A stretch of DNA of 64,000 nucleotides from contig JAKFBU010000001.1 in NCBI GenBank assembly GCA_036676985.1, positions 130,412-194,411 on the forward strand. Direction: 5' to 3'. Below, piece after piece: positions 48,263 to 57,778 of this stretch. The DNA is from Candidatus Sericytochromatia bacterium. GTDB lineage: Bacteria > Cyanobacteriota > Sericytochromatia > S15B-MN24 > UBA4093. Position 1 is the stretch's first letter. Each line of letters starts with the position of its first letter. The notes under the pieces are model-generated. The model searched no databases and had not been told where the DNA came from. It saw only the letters and a list, made by a program, of their open reading frames with translations. Both the position numbers and the translations under genes were made by a program.

Positions 48263-48317
48263 GCCCGTAAGGGTGTACGATGCTAGGGTCACCCTTCACG
48301 CACCAGAGGTAGACCCG

Positions 48318-49127
48318 ATGCTTCGACACAAGACATGGCAGTACGTCGCGATCGCTTCGGACGAGGCCTTCGTATCGGCCGCGATCGCCCACCTGGGCTT
48401 CGCCGGCCTGGTCTTCGCCACGGCCTACGATCGGAAAACCGGGGAAGAGGTCGCCTTTGAGCGCATCATCCCGTTTGCCTGGGGAATCGACGTGGCACCC
48501 TCCATGACCGCGGGCAGCTCCACCTTCACCGGGCTGACGGAGGGCATGCGCTTCGACAACGCGACGCGCCGCATGCAGCTGGATCTGCCGGGCCTCCATG
48601 TCGACGTCCAGGGAGACAGCGTCGATCCATGGCCGGCGACCTGGCCCATCGGCAAGGGGCGGAACGACACGGTCAAGGAGATGGGGTTCGCGTGCAGGGG
48701 CTCCGTTCGCATGGGCGATCGCACCCTGTCCCTGGACGGCCACGGCATGATGGACTGGACCTCGGGCACGCCCGCCCGTCAGACGGATTGGCGCTGGGCC
48801 GCCGGTGTCGCACGGGTCGGGGACCGGCTCGTCGCGTGGAACCTGCGCACGGGCTTCGACGATCCCGACCAGGTCGAGAATGCGTTGTGGGTGGACGGCA
48901 AGCCCGTGTCGCCCGGTCTGGCGCAGATCGAGCCCGGCGAGACCTGGCGGATCACCGCCGGTGATCTGGACCTGCACTTCGACCCGCACGGGATGCGGCG
49001 GGAGGACATGAACCTGGGCGTGATCACGTCCCGGTACCAGCAGCCGTGGGGGCGGTTCCACGGCCAGTTCGAGGGCAAGCCGCTCGAGGGCTACGGAGTG
49101 GTCGAGGACCACTGGGCCGTCTGGTAA
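48318..49127 (+). CDS. DUF2804-like protein
   Basis: KTWQY, DWTSG..RQTDWRWA, NL..GF, ENALWVDG, YQQPWGRF, GVVEDHWAVW. Confidence 0.75.
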   Translation: MLRHKTWQYVAIASDEAFVSAAIAHLGFAGLVFATAYDRKTGEEVAFERIIPFAWGIDVAPSMTAGSSTFTGLTEGMRFDNATRRMQLDLPGLHVDVQGDSVDPWPATWPIGKGRNDTVKEMGFACRGSVRMGDRTLSLDGHGMMDWTSGTPARQTDWRWAAGVARVGDRLVAWNLRTGFDDPDQVENALWVDGKPVSPGLAQIEPGETWRITAGDLDLHFDPHGMRREDMNLGVITSRYQQPWGRFHGQFEGKPLEGYGVVEDHWAVW

Positions 49128-49134
49128 CAGAGTT

Positions 49135-49986
49135 CTAGACGGGCTGTTTGCCGTGATTGCGCTCCAGGCCTCGCAAGGAGAGCCACGCGAAGACCCCGAA
49201 CATGACCACGCCCAACGGCAGCAGATACGCGGCCCGCGGCCCCCAGAAGGAGTCGGGCACGAAGTTGGCCTGCAGGATGGCGAGCGTGTTGTTGGTCGCA
49301 TGCGCCGCGATGTTGCCCCACAAGGAGCCCGTCCGGTAGCGGATGACCGACAGCCAGAGGCCGAGCACCACGTAGGTCGGCAGGCCCGAGGGCGTCAGGT
49401 GCAGCAAGGCGAAGATGGCGGCCGTGAGGCAAATGCCCACCCACAGCCCCACCCGCGGCACCAGGGCCGACTGGATGTACCCGCGAGTCACCATCTCCTC
49501 GGCGAAGGCCGGCACGAACGCCACCGCCGAGATCAGGAGCACCCAGTCCATGGGGCTGCGCGCTCGGATGAGCTCCCCGATCTCCTGGGGATACTCCCAG
49601 CCCGTGAAGTGAGCGAACCAGCCCTGGAAATAGGTGATGACGAGCGCCATGCCCGCCGTCGCGAGCACCATGAACAACACCCGCCACGGAGCCACGGCCT
49701 TTAGGGGGAAGGCCGCCCGGAAATCGGTCTTGGTCAGGCGAATGGCGATGAGCGCCGGAACCAGGACCCCGATGAGCTCGATGGGAAAGAAGCCCGTGAG
49801 CGTGATGAGGCGCTCGTTGTGCTGGAGAGCCGGGATCAGTACCGGGCCGATCAGCCCCCAGAGGACTGCCATCAGGAAGAAGGTGACGAAGGTGACGGGA
49901 ACGAGCGCCCAGACCGTCCAGGCGGGAGGGGCGAGGGGAGCGGGAGCGCTCCCTCCGGTGGTCGTCTCCGCGTCCAGGGCGGCCAT
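49135..49986 (-). CDS. CPBP (Abi/CAAX) intramembrane metalloprotease
   Basis: AFAEEMVTRG, FALLH, AHATNN. Confidence 0.9.
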   Translation of the reverse strand: MAALDAETTTGGSAPAPLAPPAWTVWALVPVTFVTFFLMAVLWGLIGPVLIPALQHNERLITLTGFFPIELIGVLVPALIAIRLTKTDFRAAFPLKAVAPWRVLFMVLATAGMALVITYFQGWFAHFTGWEYPQEIGELIRARSPMDWVLLISAVAFVPAFAEEMVTRGYIQSALVPRVGLWVGICLTAAIFALLHLTPSGLPTYVVLGLWLSVIRYRTGSLWGNIAAHATNNTLAILQANFVPDSFWGPRAAYLLPLGVVMFGVFAWLSLRGLERNHGKQPV

Positions 49987-49989
49987 CGG

Positions 49990-50928
49990 CTAGATGACGA
50001 ACTTGCGCAGGCGGGCCGAGGTGTAGTCGACCAGCATGACGAGCACGATGAGCACCAGGACCGTCGTCGCAGCCTGCGGGTACTGGAACAGGCTGAAGTC
50101 GCTCTTCATGATGAAGCCGATGCCGCCCGCGCCGATGAGGCCCAGGACCGCCGCCGAGCGGATGTTGGTCTCGAAGCGGTACAGCACGAACGAGATGAAG
50201 TCCGGCATCACCTGGGGCACCACCGCGAACGAGATGACCTGCAGGTAGCGCGCGCCCGTCGCCTGGACGGCCTCGATGACGCCCGCGTCGATGTTCTCGA
50301 TCGACTCGGCCAGGAGCTTGATGAGCACCGTCGTCGTGTGGAAGGCCAGCGCCATGGTGCCCGTGAAGGGCCCGAGGCCGATGGCCGTGATGAGCATGAG
50401 GCCCACCGCGAAGTCCGGGATGCTGCGCAGGAAGTTCACCGTCAGCTTGATGGCGTGGTAGATCGCCTTGTGGGGCGTGGTGTTGCGCGCGGCCAAGAAG
50501 GAGAACGGGAAGGCGAAGATCGTCGCGAGGAACGTGCCCGCCAGCGCCATCTGGATGGTCTGGATGGTGGCGCCCACCACCGTCTGCGGGAAGGTGTTGT
50601 TCCACCAGCGCTCGCGGATCTCGTTGAGCTCGGCCGAGAGCGGCATGGGGTTCAGCAGCTGACCCACGTTCAGCTCCTCGGGCACCGAGTAGCGCGTCGG
50701 ATCGGTGATGGTCGTCAGATCGGGCGGCAGGCTCTCCCGCAGCCAGTCCACCATCTTGGGCGAGCCGACCACCAGCTCCTTGAGGTTGAACTGCGCTCCG
50801 GCAAACGCCCAGTAGAGCACCGCCAACAGCGCGAGGCCAATCGCCCAGGCCTTGTAGGAGCGCTTCGGAGGAGCCGGCATCCGGCTGGGTAGCTGGGGTT
50901 TTGCGATGGGCTCGGTCGAGGTGCTCAT
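49990..50928 (-). CDS. phnE: Phosphonate ABC transporter permease
   Basis: TIQMALAGT, LRSIPD, YRFETNIRSAAVLGLIGAGGIG. Confidence 0.93.
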   Translation of the reverse strand: MSTSTEPIAKPQLPSRMPAPPKRSYKAWAIGLALLAVLYWAFAGAQFNLKELVVGSPKMVDWLRESLPPDLTTITDPTRYSVPEELNVGQLLNPMPLSAELNEIRERWWNNTFPQTVVGATIQTIQMALAGTFLATIFAFPFSFLAARNTTPHKAIYHAIKLTVNFLRSIPDFAVGLMLITAIGLGPFTGTMALAFHTTTVLIKLLAESIENIDAGVIEAVQATGARYLQVISFAVVPQVMPDFISFVLYRFETNIRSAAVLGLIGAGGIGFIMKSDFSLFQYPQAATTVLVLIVLVMLVDYTSARLRKFVI

Positions 50929-51731
50929 GAGTTGGCCGTCTCCAGTGTCGAGGTGCCGCGGTGGTAGATGCGCTCCACCGATTGATCGTCCAGGATGCTC
51001 GGGGGGCCGTCGAAGACGACCTTTCCGCCCTGGAAGCCGATCATGCGATCGCCGTAGGCCCGCGCGAGCTCGAGGACGTGCAGGCTCACGAGTACCGTGA
51101 GCCCGTCCTCCTGCGCGACCCGCTTGAGGATGTCGAGGACCTGCTTCGAGAGCTTGGGGTCCAGGGACGCCACCGGCTCGTCGGCGAGGATCAGGGCCGG
51201 GCGCTGCATCAGGGCGCGGGCGATCGCCACCCGCTGCTGCTGGCCGCCCGACAGCGTGTCCGCGCGCTGATAGGCCTGATCCAACAGTCCCACGCGCTCG
51301 AGGTTGTAGAGGGCGCGCTCGCGCTCGGCGTTGCTGAAGACGCGCAGCACGCCGGGCACCAGGCCCGTGTAGCCGAGCGACCCCGAGAGCACGTTGTCCA
51401 GGACCGACAGGCGCTTGACCAGGTTGAACTGCTGGAAGATCATCCCGACCTTGCGGCGCCAGTAGCGCAGGTCGCGCATGCCGGCCTTGGCGATGTCGAT
51501 GACGCCCGTCTCACCGGGATACACGGCCTCGCGCGAGACCAGGATCTGGCCCTCGGTGGGCTCGATGAGCCGGTTGAGGCAGCGCAGGAAGGTCGACTTG
51601 CCCGCGCCCGACAGGCCCAGGATCACGGCGAACTCGCCCGGCTTGAACGAGAGGTTGACGTCTTGGAGGACGGGAGGGGTGCCTGGGTTGTAGGACTTCT
51701 TGAGGCCCTGGACTTCGAGCAGATGGTCCAC
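50925..51731 (-). CDS. phnC: Phosphonate ABC transporter ATPase
   Basis: [44 protein letters not shown]. Confidence 0.93.
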   Translation of the reverse strand: MDHLLEVQGLKKSYNPGTPPVLQDVNLSFKPGEFAVILGLSGAGKSTFLRCLNRLIEPTEGQILVSREAVYPGETGVIDIAKAGMRDLRYWRRKVGMIFQQFNLVKRLSVLDNVLSGSLGYTGLVPGVLRVFSNAERERALYNLERVGLLDQAYQRADTLSGGQQQRVAIARALMQRPALILADEPVASLDPKLSKQVLDILKRVAQEDGLTVLVSLHVLELARAYGDRMIGFQGGKVVFDGPPSILDDQSVERIYHRGTSTLETANS

Positions 51732-51753
51732 GATTGGTTACCGGTGGTTCCTT

Positions 51754-52659
51754 TTATCGGTTCTTGTAGCCCACGCGCTCGAAGACCTCGCGCACGGGGG
51801 CATAATCGGCCGCCGTGGCGGGGACGAAGCCATCGATGTGGTAGATCTTCTTGAGCTGCGCACGCCCAGTGGGGTTCGAACTGATCTTGAGCAAGGCGTT
51901 CTTGACCCGGTTGACGATGACCGGGTCCAGATCCTTGGAGACCGCGAAGTTGTCGCTCGGCATGGGCTTCGAGAAGGCGACCACGCGGATCTGGGCGACC
52001 TTCTTGGGGTCTTTGAGGAACTCATGCCACGCGCCGTAATGGCCCGTGTTGTCGTTGGCGAACGTCGCGCCCGCGTCGACCTGGCGGTTGAGCACCGCGA
52101 GCACCGTCGCGTCGTGCCCGCCCGCGTAGATCACCCGCTTGAAGTCGCGCTCCGGGTTGAGGCCCTCGTTGAGGATCATCATCCGGGGATAGAGCGAGCC
52201 CGAGAGGGAGGCCGGGTCCACGAAGGCGACGGTCCTGCCCTTGAGGTCCTTGATCGTTTTGATGCCCGAGTCCTTGTGGGTGATGATCGCCGAGTAGAAA
52301 TAGGGCTTGCCGTCGCGCACGACCTTGAGGATCACCTTGGCCTGCGCCTGGCGCTCGGCGAGCATGTAGGCTCCTGGAGCGAAGAAGGCCACGTCGAGCC
52401 TGCCGGCGCGCATGGCCTCGATGACGCCCGTGTAGTCCGTGGCCACGAACGGCACGACGTCCATGCCCAACTCCTTGCGCATCATCGTGACGATGGGCTG
52501 GGCGTTGCGCATGACTTCCTGGACGTTCTCGGACGGCACGAAGCCCATGCGCAGGACGCGGGGCTTGTAGGCCTCTGCCTTGGGCGATCCGGTCAGGACG
52601 AGGATCGCCGCCGTGAGCAGCATGCCGAGACGTTGCAGCGTTCGGAGCCTGGGCGACAA
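51754..52659 (-). CDS. phnD: Phosphate/phosphite/phosphonate ABC transporter substrate-binding protein
   Basis: GFVPSE, DYTGVIEAMRAG, DPASLSG, GGHDA, GFVPATAADY. Confidence 0.9.
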   Translation of the reverse strand: MSPRLRTLQRLGMLLTAAILVLTGSPKAEAYKPRVLRMGFVPSENVQEVMRNAQPIVTMMRKELGMDVVPFVATDYTGVIEAMRAGRLDVAFFAPGAYMLAERQAQAKVILKVVRDGKPYFYSAIITHKDSGIKTIKDLKGRTVAFVDPASLSGSLYPRMMILNEGLNPERDFKRVIYAGGHDATVLAVLNRQVDAGATFANDNTGHYGAWHEFLKDPKKVAQIRVVAFSKPMPSDNFAVSKDLDPVIVNRVKNALLKISSNPTGRAQLKKIYHIDGFVPATAADYAPVREVFERVGYKNR

Positions 52660-52775
52660 ACGGTGCCTCCTTGAGAGCGAGCTACCCGCAGTGAGCCGAA
52701 CCGGAAACGGCTGCTTCCATGACGGCGGCGAGCCTGGTCTTGTTCACTGCTCAAACGGCGGGATGCTGGATTAGT

Positions 52776-52800
52776 ATACCCGAGCGGATGGCATTGAAAC
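52776..52800 (-). promoter_or_regulatory. sigmaB/SigF-type promoter candidate (overlapping a TATACT -10) for phnDCE
   Basis: Minus strand GTTTCA-N13-GGGTAT(ACT). Confidence 0.5.
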
Positions 52801-52802
52801 AG

Positions 52803-52833
52803 CGCGCCGGGCGGCATTCGCCGCCCGGCGCGC
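52803..52833 (-). terminator. Hairpin terminator after the S8 peptidase
   Basis: GCGCCGGGCGGC-ATTC-GCCGCCCGGCGC; short U-tract (GTTT) on the minus strand. Confidence 0.6.
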
Positions 52834-52843
52834 GGGCCGATCC

Positions 52844-54100
52844 TTACTGCAGTGAGCGCGGAGCGTTGATCCGGCCGAAGCCGAAGTGCGGGTCGAAGCC
52901 CGAGGCCGCGGGCACCTTGTCGGCGGCCTTCTCGAGGCGCGCCTTGAGCTGGGCGGGGGTCAAGGACGCGTAGCGGGCCTTGACCAGGGCCGCGAGGCCC
53001 GCTACCGCAGGCGTCGCCATGGAGGTGCCGTCGAGCACCGCGTAGTCCTGCGGGAAGCCGTACTCGTTGAGGTTGCACTTGTAGGTCGGGAAGGTCGAGA
53101 GGATCTGCACGCCGGGCGCCGACACCGAGATCCACTCGCCCCACTGCGAGAAGTCCGCGGCCGCGTCCTTGTCGTCGGTGGCGCCGACGGCGAGCACGCC
53201 GGGGTACGCCGCCGGGTAGCTCTTCTCGTTGGAGCCGTCGTTGCCCATGGCCGCCAGCACCGCCACGCCCTTCTTGAGGGCGTACTCGACCGCGTCGGCG
53301 AGCACCTTGCTCTCTCCGGGGCCGCCGAGGCTCATGTTGATGACCTGGGCGCCGTGGTCCGCGGCCCAGACGATGCCGTCCGCCACTCCGGCGTCCGAGC
53401 CCGAGCCGTCCGCCTCGAGCACCTTGATGGGCATGATCTTGGCCTCGGGGGCGATGCCGACCATGCCGGCGCCGTTGTTGGCGGCCGCGGCGACGATGCC
53501 CGCCACGTGGGTGCCGTGGCCGTTGTCGTCCTTGGCGTTGCCGTTGCGGGTGGTGGCGTTGTAGCCCTCGACGATGCGGCCCTGGAACTCGGGGTGGGTG
53601 GTGTCCACGCCGGTGTCGACCACGGCGACCGTCACGCCCGCCCCGCGGGTCACGCTCCACGCCTCGGTGGCGCGGATCGTCTGCGGAGCGTACTGCTGGC
53701 CGAACATGGGGTCGTTGAGACCGAAGCTCAGGCCCTTGAAGCCCGTGGTGGGCAGGCCGAAGGCCTTGACCCGGTAGGAGGGCTGGGCGTAGATGACCGA
53801 GGGATCCGAGCGAAGGGCCGACAGGGCCGAGTCGAGGTTCGCGAGGCGGACCGAGGCGACCTGGACGCCGAGGGCGTTGAGGCTGCGCACGGGGCGGACG
53901 CCCGACACCTTGACGGCCTCGACGCCCGGGCGGCGCTTGATGACCAGGCGGGCCTCGCCGTTCACGCTGTAGACCTGCGCACGCTCCGAGACCTTGGCGG
54001 TCGCGCCCTTGAGGGCCGTGGGGTTCACGCCGCAGCCCACCAGGCTCAGCATCGTCATGGTGATGGCGCTGGTCATCAGGGCGTTGAACGTCTGGGCCAC
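52844..54100 (-). CDS. S8 subtilisin (thermitase-like) serine peptidase, lipoprotein
   Basis: VAVVDTGV, HGTHVAG, NMSLG, GTSMATP; lipobox LVGC. Confidence 0.95.
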   Translation of the reverse strand: MAQTFNALMTSAITMTMLSLVGCGVNPTALKGATAKVSERAQVYSVNGEARLVIKRRPGVEAVKVSGVRPVRSLNALGVQVASVRLANLDSALSALRSDPSVIYAQPSYRVKAFGLPTTGFKGLSFGLNDPMFGQQYAPQTIRATEAWSVTRGAGVTVAVVDTGVDTTHPEFQGRIVEGYNATTRNGNAKDDNGHGTHVAGIVAAAANNGAGMVGIAPEAKIMPIKVLEADGSGSDAGVADGIVWAADHGAQVINMSLGGPGESKVLADAVEYALKKGVAVLAAMGNDGSNEKSYPAAYPGVLAVGATDDKDAAADFSQWGEWISVSAPGVQILSTFPTYKCNLNEYGFPQDYAVLDGTSMATPAVAGLAALVKARYASLTPAQLKARLEKAADKVPAASGFDPHFGFGRINAPRSLQ

Positions 54101-54362
54101 GGCGTCCTCCTTGCGGTCGGGTTCAGCTTTGCTAAAGAGATATAAGGCTTCGATAACCTGGATTTAAACCTTAGCATCGGGCGCAAAGCCGCTTCAAGCG
54201 GAGGACGGAAGATTTGTCGGAGGTTTAATAAAAGCCAAACGGATTTAACAAACCCAAAACAAACCTGTGCGCATGCGCACAAAAGGACGTCCGAGCGGAC
54301 GTCCCTGCAGGTGGTTCCATTGGTTCTTGGACGGTGAGACGGGCCGTGGGGCCACTAGCGGC

Positions 54363-55445
54363 TCAGGCGAGCCCCATCGCCCGCAGCACCGCGGCCTCGT
54401 CGGCCTCCACGGCCACCGGGGCCTGATCGATGCCCTTCATGGCCGTGTCCGGGTCCTTGAGGCCGTTGCCCGTGAGCACGCAGGCGATGCGCTCGTCGCC
54501 GGAGAGCCGCCCGGCCCGTGCGAGCTTGATGACGCCCGCCACGGAGGCCGCCGACGCCGGCTCGCAGAAGACTCCCTCCAGGCGCCCGAGCATCCGGTAC
54601 GCCTCCAGGATCTCGTCGTCCGTCACCGCCTCGATGAGCCCCTGGGACTCGCGGATGGCGGCCTCGGCCTGCTGCCAGCTCGCCGGGTTGCCGATGCGGA
54701 TGGCCGTCGCCACCGTCTCGGGCTTCTCGAAGACCCGCCCATGCACGATGGGCGCGGCCCCCGCCGCCTGGAAGCCATACATGCGGGGCGTCCCGGCGCT
54801 GCGGCCCGCGGCCGCGTACTCGCGGAAGCCCTTCCAGTAGGCCGTGATGTTTCCGGCGTTGCCAACCGGAATGGCGAGCACGTCCGGCACTCCGCCCAGC
54901 TGGTCGCAGATCTCGAAGGCGCCCGTCTTCTGGCCCTCGATGCGGAAGGGGTTCACGCTGTTGACGAGCGTCACCGGGTGCTCGGCCGAGATGGCGCGCA
55001 CCAGGTCCAGCGCGGCGTCGAAGTTGCCCTTCACGGGGATGACCCGGGCCCCGTAGTGGATGCCCTGGGCGAGCTTGCCGAGGGCCACGTAGCCGTCGGG
55101 CACGAGCATGTAGCAGCGCATGCCGGCCCGCGCGGCGTAGGCCGCCATGGCCGCCGACGTGTTGCCGGTCGAGGCGCAGATGAGGGCCTCGGAGCCCGCT
55201 TCCTTGGCCTTGGTGACGGCCATGGTCATGCCACGGTCCTTGAAGGAACCCGTGGGGTTCGCCCCTTCGAGCTTCACGTACATGGAAAGCGTCGGCAGCC
55301 CGAGAGCCGCGGGCAGGCGCTCCAGGCGAACGAGCGGCGTCCAGCCCTCGTTGAGCGTCACCACCGGCGTCTGGGAGGTGACGGGCAGGTACTCGCGGTA
55401 GGCCTCGACGAGGCCAGGCCAGGCGCCGGCAGCCGTCTTACGCAT
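54363..55445 (-). CDS. thrC: Threonine synthase
   Basis: NPTGSFKDRG, CASTGNTS, PVGNAGN, EPASAA, TGNGLKDP. Confidence 0.96.
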   Translation of the reverse strand: MRKTAAGAWPGLVEAYREYLPVTSQTPVVTLNEGWTPLVRLERLPAALGLPTLSMYVKLEGANPTGSFKDRGMTMAVTKAKEAGSEALICASTGNTSAAMAAYAARAGMRCYMLVPDGYVALGKLAQGIHYGARVIPVKGNFDAALDLVRAISAEHPVTLVNSVNPFRIEGQKTGAFEICDQLGGVPDVLAIPVGNAGNITAYWKGFREYAAAGRSAGTPRMYGFQAAGAAPIVHGRVFEKPETVATAIRIGNPASWQQAEAAIRESQGLIEAVTDDEILEAYRMLGRLEGVFCEPASAASVAGVIKLARAGRLSGDERIACVLTGNGLKDPDTAMKGIDQAPVAVEADEAAVLRAMGLA

Positions 55446-56775
55446 GGTCCGCCTCCTCGACGCGGATGAGGTTCGCCACCTCGCGCAGGTGCGGCAGGCC
55501 CTTGGCCTCCTCGAGGGCGTCGAACAGCGCCTGCTCGCGCACCGTGTGCGTGACGAAGACGAGCTCCGCTCGGCCCTCGACCACTTCCTTCTGCACGAAG
55601 GAGAGGATGGAGACGCCGTGCTTGCCGAAGAGGGTGCCCAGGGCCCCCAGGACGCCGGGGACGTCCTCGGCGATGACGCGCAGGTAGTAGGCGGACTCGA
55701 TGGCGCCCATGGGCACGGGCGACGAGGATCCCGCCTGGTGGCAGCCCATCAGGCGGTGGCGGGTGTGGCTGAGGGCGATCGCCTCGGCCAGGTTGAGCAC
55801 GTCGCCGACCACGGCACTCGCGGTAGGCATGCTCCCCGCGCCGGGACCCGAGAAGGTGACCTCGCCCACGGCGTCGCCCTGCACGGTGATGGCGTTGGTA
55901 ACGCCGTCCACCCGGGCCAGCGGGTGCGCGAAGGGGATCATGGTCGGGTGCACCCGCACCTCCAGGCCCTCGGGGGTGCGCTTGGCGATGCCCAAGAGCT
56001 TCACGGCGTAGCCCAGCTCGCGGGCGTAGGCGATGTCCTTGGGCGTCACGCGCTCGATGCCCTCGCGGAAGACCTCGTCCACGTGCAGGCGCTCGCCCAG
56101 GATGATGGAGGCGAGGATGGCGAGCTTGTTGGCGGCGTCGTGCCCACCCACGTCGGCCGTGGGGTCGGCCTCGGCGTAGCCAAGGCGCTGGGCCTCGGCC
56201 AAGGCCGCCTGGAAGGTGGTGCCGTGCTGGGCCATCTGGCTCAGGATGTAGTTGGTGGTGCCGTTGATGATGCCCCGGACGCTCGCGATCTCGTTGGCGA
56301 CCAGGCTGCGCTTGAGGGGCATGATGATGGGGATGCCGCCGCCCACCGAGCCTTCGAAGAAGACCTCGACGCCCGCCTGGTGCGCGGCCTCGAAGATCTC
56401 GCGCCCGTGCTTGGCGATGACCTCCTTGTTGGCCGTCACCACGTGCTTGCCGTTGCGGAGGGCCCGGAGGATCAGCTCGAGGGCCGGATGCACGCCACCC
56501 ATGACCTCGACGACCACGTCGATCTCGGGATGGTCGACCACGCCCTCGGCCGCCGACGTGACGAGATGGGAGCCGATGCCGCGATCGCGCGAGGTGTCGC
56601 GCACGGCCACCGAGCGCAGGACGACGGGCACGCCGAGCCGCGCGGCATAGCGCTCCGCGTTGTTGATGAGGAGGCTCGCGACCCCCTGACCCACGACCCC
56701 GCAGCCGAGGAGCCCGACCCCGATGGCGCGCGGCGCCTCACGATGCGACGATGACGAGTGTTCCGACGTGAGCAC
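55438..56775 (-). CDS. hom: Homoserine dehydrogenase with ACT domain
   Basis: GCGVVG, VVTANK, FEGSVGGGIP, GIINGTTNYIL, GYAEADP, GPGAG. Confidence 0.96.
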   Translation of the reverse strand: MLTSEHSSSSHREAPRAIGVGLLGCGVVGQGVASLLINNAERYAARLGVPVVLRSVAVRDTSRDRGIGSHLVTSAAEGVVDHPEIDVVVEVMGGVHPALELILRALRNGKHVVTANKEVIAKHGREIFEAAHQAGVEVFFEGSVGGGIPIIMPLKRSLVANEIASVRGIINGTTNYILSQMAQHGTTFQAALAEAQRLGYAEADPTADVGGHDAANKLAILASIILGERLHVDEVFREGIERVTPKDIAYARELGYAVKLLGIAKRTPEGLEVRVHPTMIPFAHPLARVDGVTNAITVQGDAVGEVTFSGPGAGSMPTASAVVGDVLNLAEAIALSHTRHRLMGCHQAGSSSPVPMGAIESAYYLRVIAEDVPGVLGALGTLFGKHGVSILSFVQKEVVEGRAELVFVTHTVREQALFDALEEAKGLPHLREVANLIRVEEADHA

Positions 56776-56896
56776 GCTCGACCCCTTCTACGTTGCAGCC
56801 CCCTGCGGGGCGATCCGAACATGTCCCTACATACCCCCCGACCCAAAGGTTGACGCCGAGGGGCTCCAAACCGAGCAATGATGGTATCATAGGGAT

Positions 56897-57601
56897 ATGG
56901 ATCGTCTATTAGAGCCACCTTTCACCCATCATCCCGACTTCGCCCCAGTGCTCACCAGGCTTCAAGAGGAGCTGGAGCTCGGAAATCGGCACCAGGTAGG
57001 CATGGCCTTCGCCATCCTCGAGATCGACGACACCGTACCCGAGGAAGAGGGCGCCGCCATTCGCGAGCGCCTGCTGCAGCGGGCCTTCGTAGCCGCCGAG
57101 CGCTCGACCCGCAAGGAGCGGGGGCTGACGCGCAAGGTCGCGGACTTCGTCATCCGGGTGGACCACTACCTGTTCATCAGCCTCGGAGGCGTGAGCGCGG
57201 GCACCCTGCGCGTGCCCCTGGGGCGCATCGTGACTCAGATGCGCAACGAGCTGTTCGCGACCCCGGACATCCACGCCATGCGCCTGCGGCGCCGGCTCGC
57301 CATCGGCGTGGCCCACTGGCTGCCCGAGGTGGGCTACATCACCGAGCCCATGATGTTCGCCAAGGCGTGGCAGGCGTTCGTGCAGGCCAAGGAGCTGGGC
57401 GGACTCGAGGACTCGGCCGGGTACCTGGGCCTCACGCCCTCCAACATCGACCTGGTGCAGGTCCAGGTCTACGACTGGAGCGTGCCGGCCACCAAGCCGA
57501 AGGGCGGCACGGGCAACCTGGTGCAATCCCAGCGTCCGCCGGTGGTCGCGAAGACCGCGCCGGCCAAGCCGGCGAAGAAGGCCTGGGAGTTCTGGAAGTA
57601 A
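56897..57601 (+). CDS. Degenerate GGDEF-like protein
   Basis: RLQEEL..NRH..MAFAILEID..ADFVIR...LAIGVA..AWQAFVQAKELGG follows GGDEF topology without GG(D/E)EF. Confidence 0.55.
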   Translation: MDRLLEPPFTHHPDFAPVLTRLQEELELGNRHQVGMAFAILEIDDTVPEEEGAAIRERLLQRAFVAAERSTRKERGLTRKVADFVIRVDHYLFISLGGVSAGTLRVPLGRIVTQMRNELFATPDIHAMRLRRRLAIGVAHWLPEVGYITEPMMFAKAWQAFVQAKELGGLEDSAGYLGLTPSNIDLVQVQVYDWSVPATKPKGGTGNLVQSQRPPVVAKTAPAKPAKKAWEFWK

Positions 57602-57624
57602 CGCCAGCTTCAGGAGGCGTTACG

Positions 57625-57761
57625 CTGGACCCCCGCTTTCGCGAGGGTGACGGGGAGCGGTTATTCGCGTCTCGTGAGCAAGCCCTTTTCACCGCCAGTG
57701 AGAAAGCCCCTGTCGGCGTCGAGTCGGCACTCTCGTCACCCTCGCGAAAGCGGGGGTCCAG
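57625..57761. repeat. REP-like palindrome pair enclosing about 1.5 degenerate copies of the 35-bp unit
   Basis: CTGGACCCCCGCTTTCGCGAGGGTGACG-GGGAGCGGTTATTCGCGTCTCGTGAGCAAGCCC..GTGAGAAAGCCCC..CGTCACCCTCGCGAAAGCGGGGGTCCAG. Confidence 0.88.
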
Positions 57762-57778
57762 GGTCGGGACTCCGGCCG

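Noticed and set aside
49135-49986. Abortive-infection defence gene
   Set aside because: The 'Abi' label for CPBP proteases is historical; the motifs indicate an ordinary intramembrane protease.
54101-54270. AT-rich AAACC/TTAA motifs shared with 37290-37315 and 11722-11735 as a regulator box
   Set aside because: Too short and inconsistently spaced to support without motif statistics.
56776-56896. Riboswitch, T-box or Thr attenuator upstream of hom-thrC
   Set aside because: No T-box, SAM or lysine consensus, no Thr-rich leader peptide and no terminator seen.
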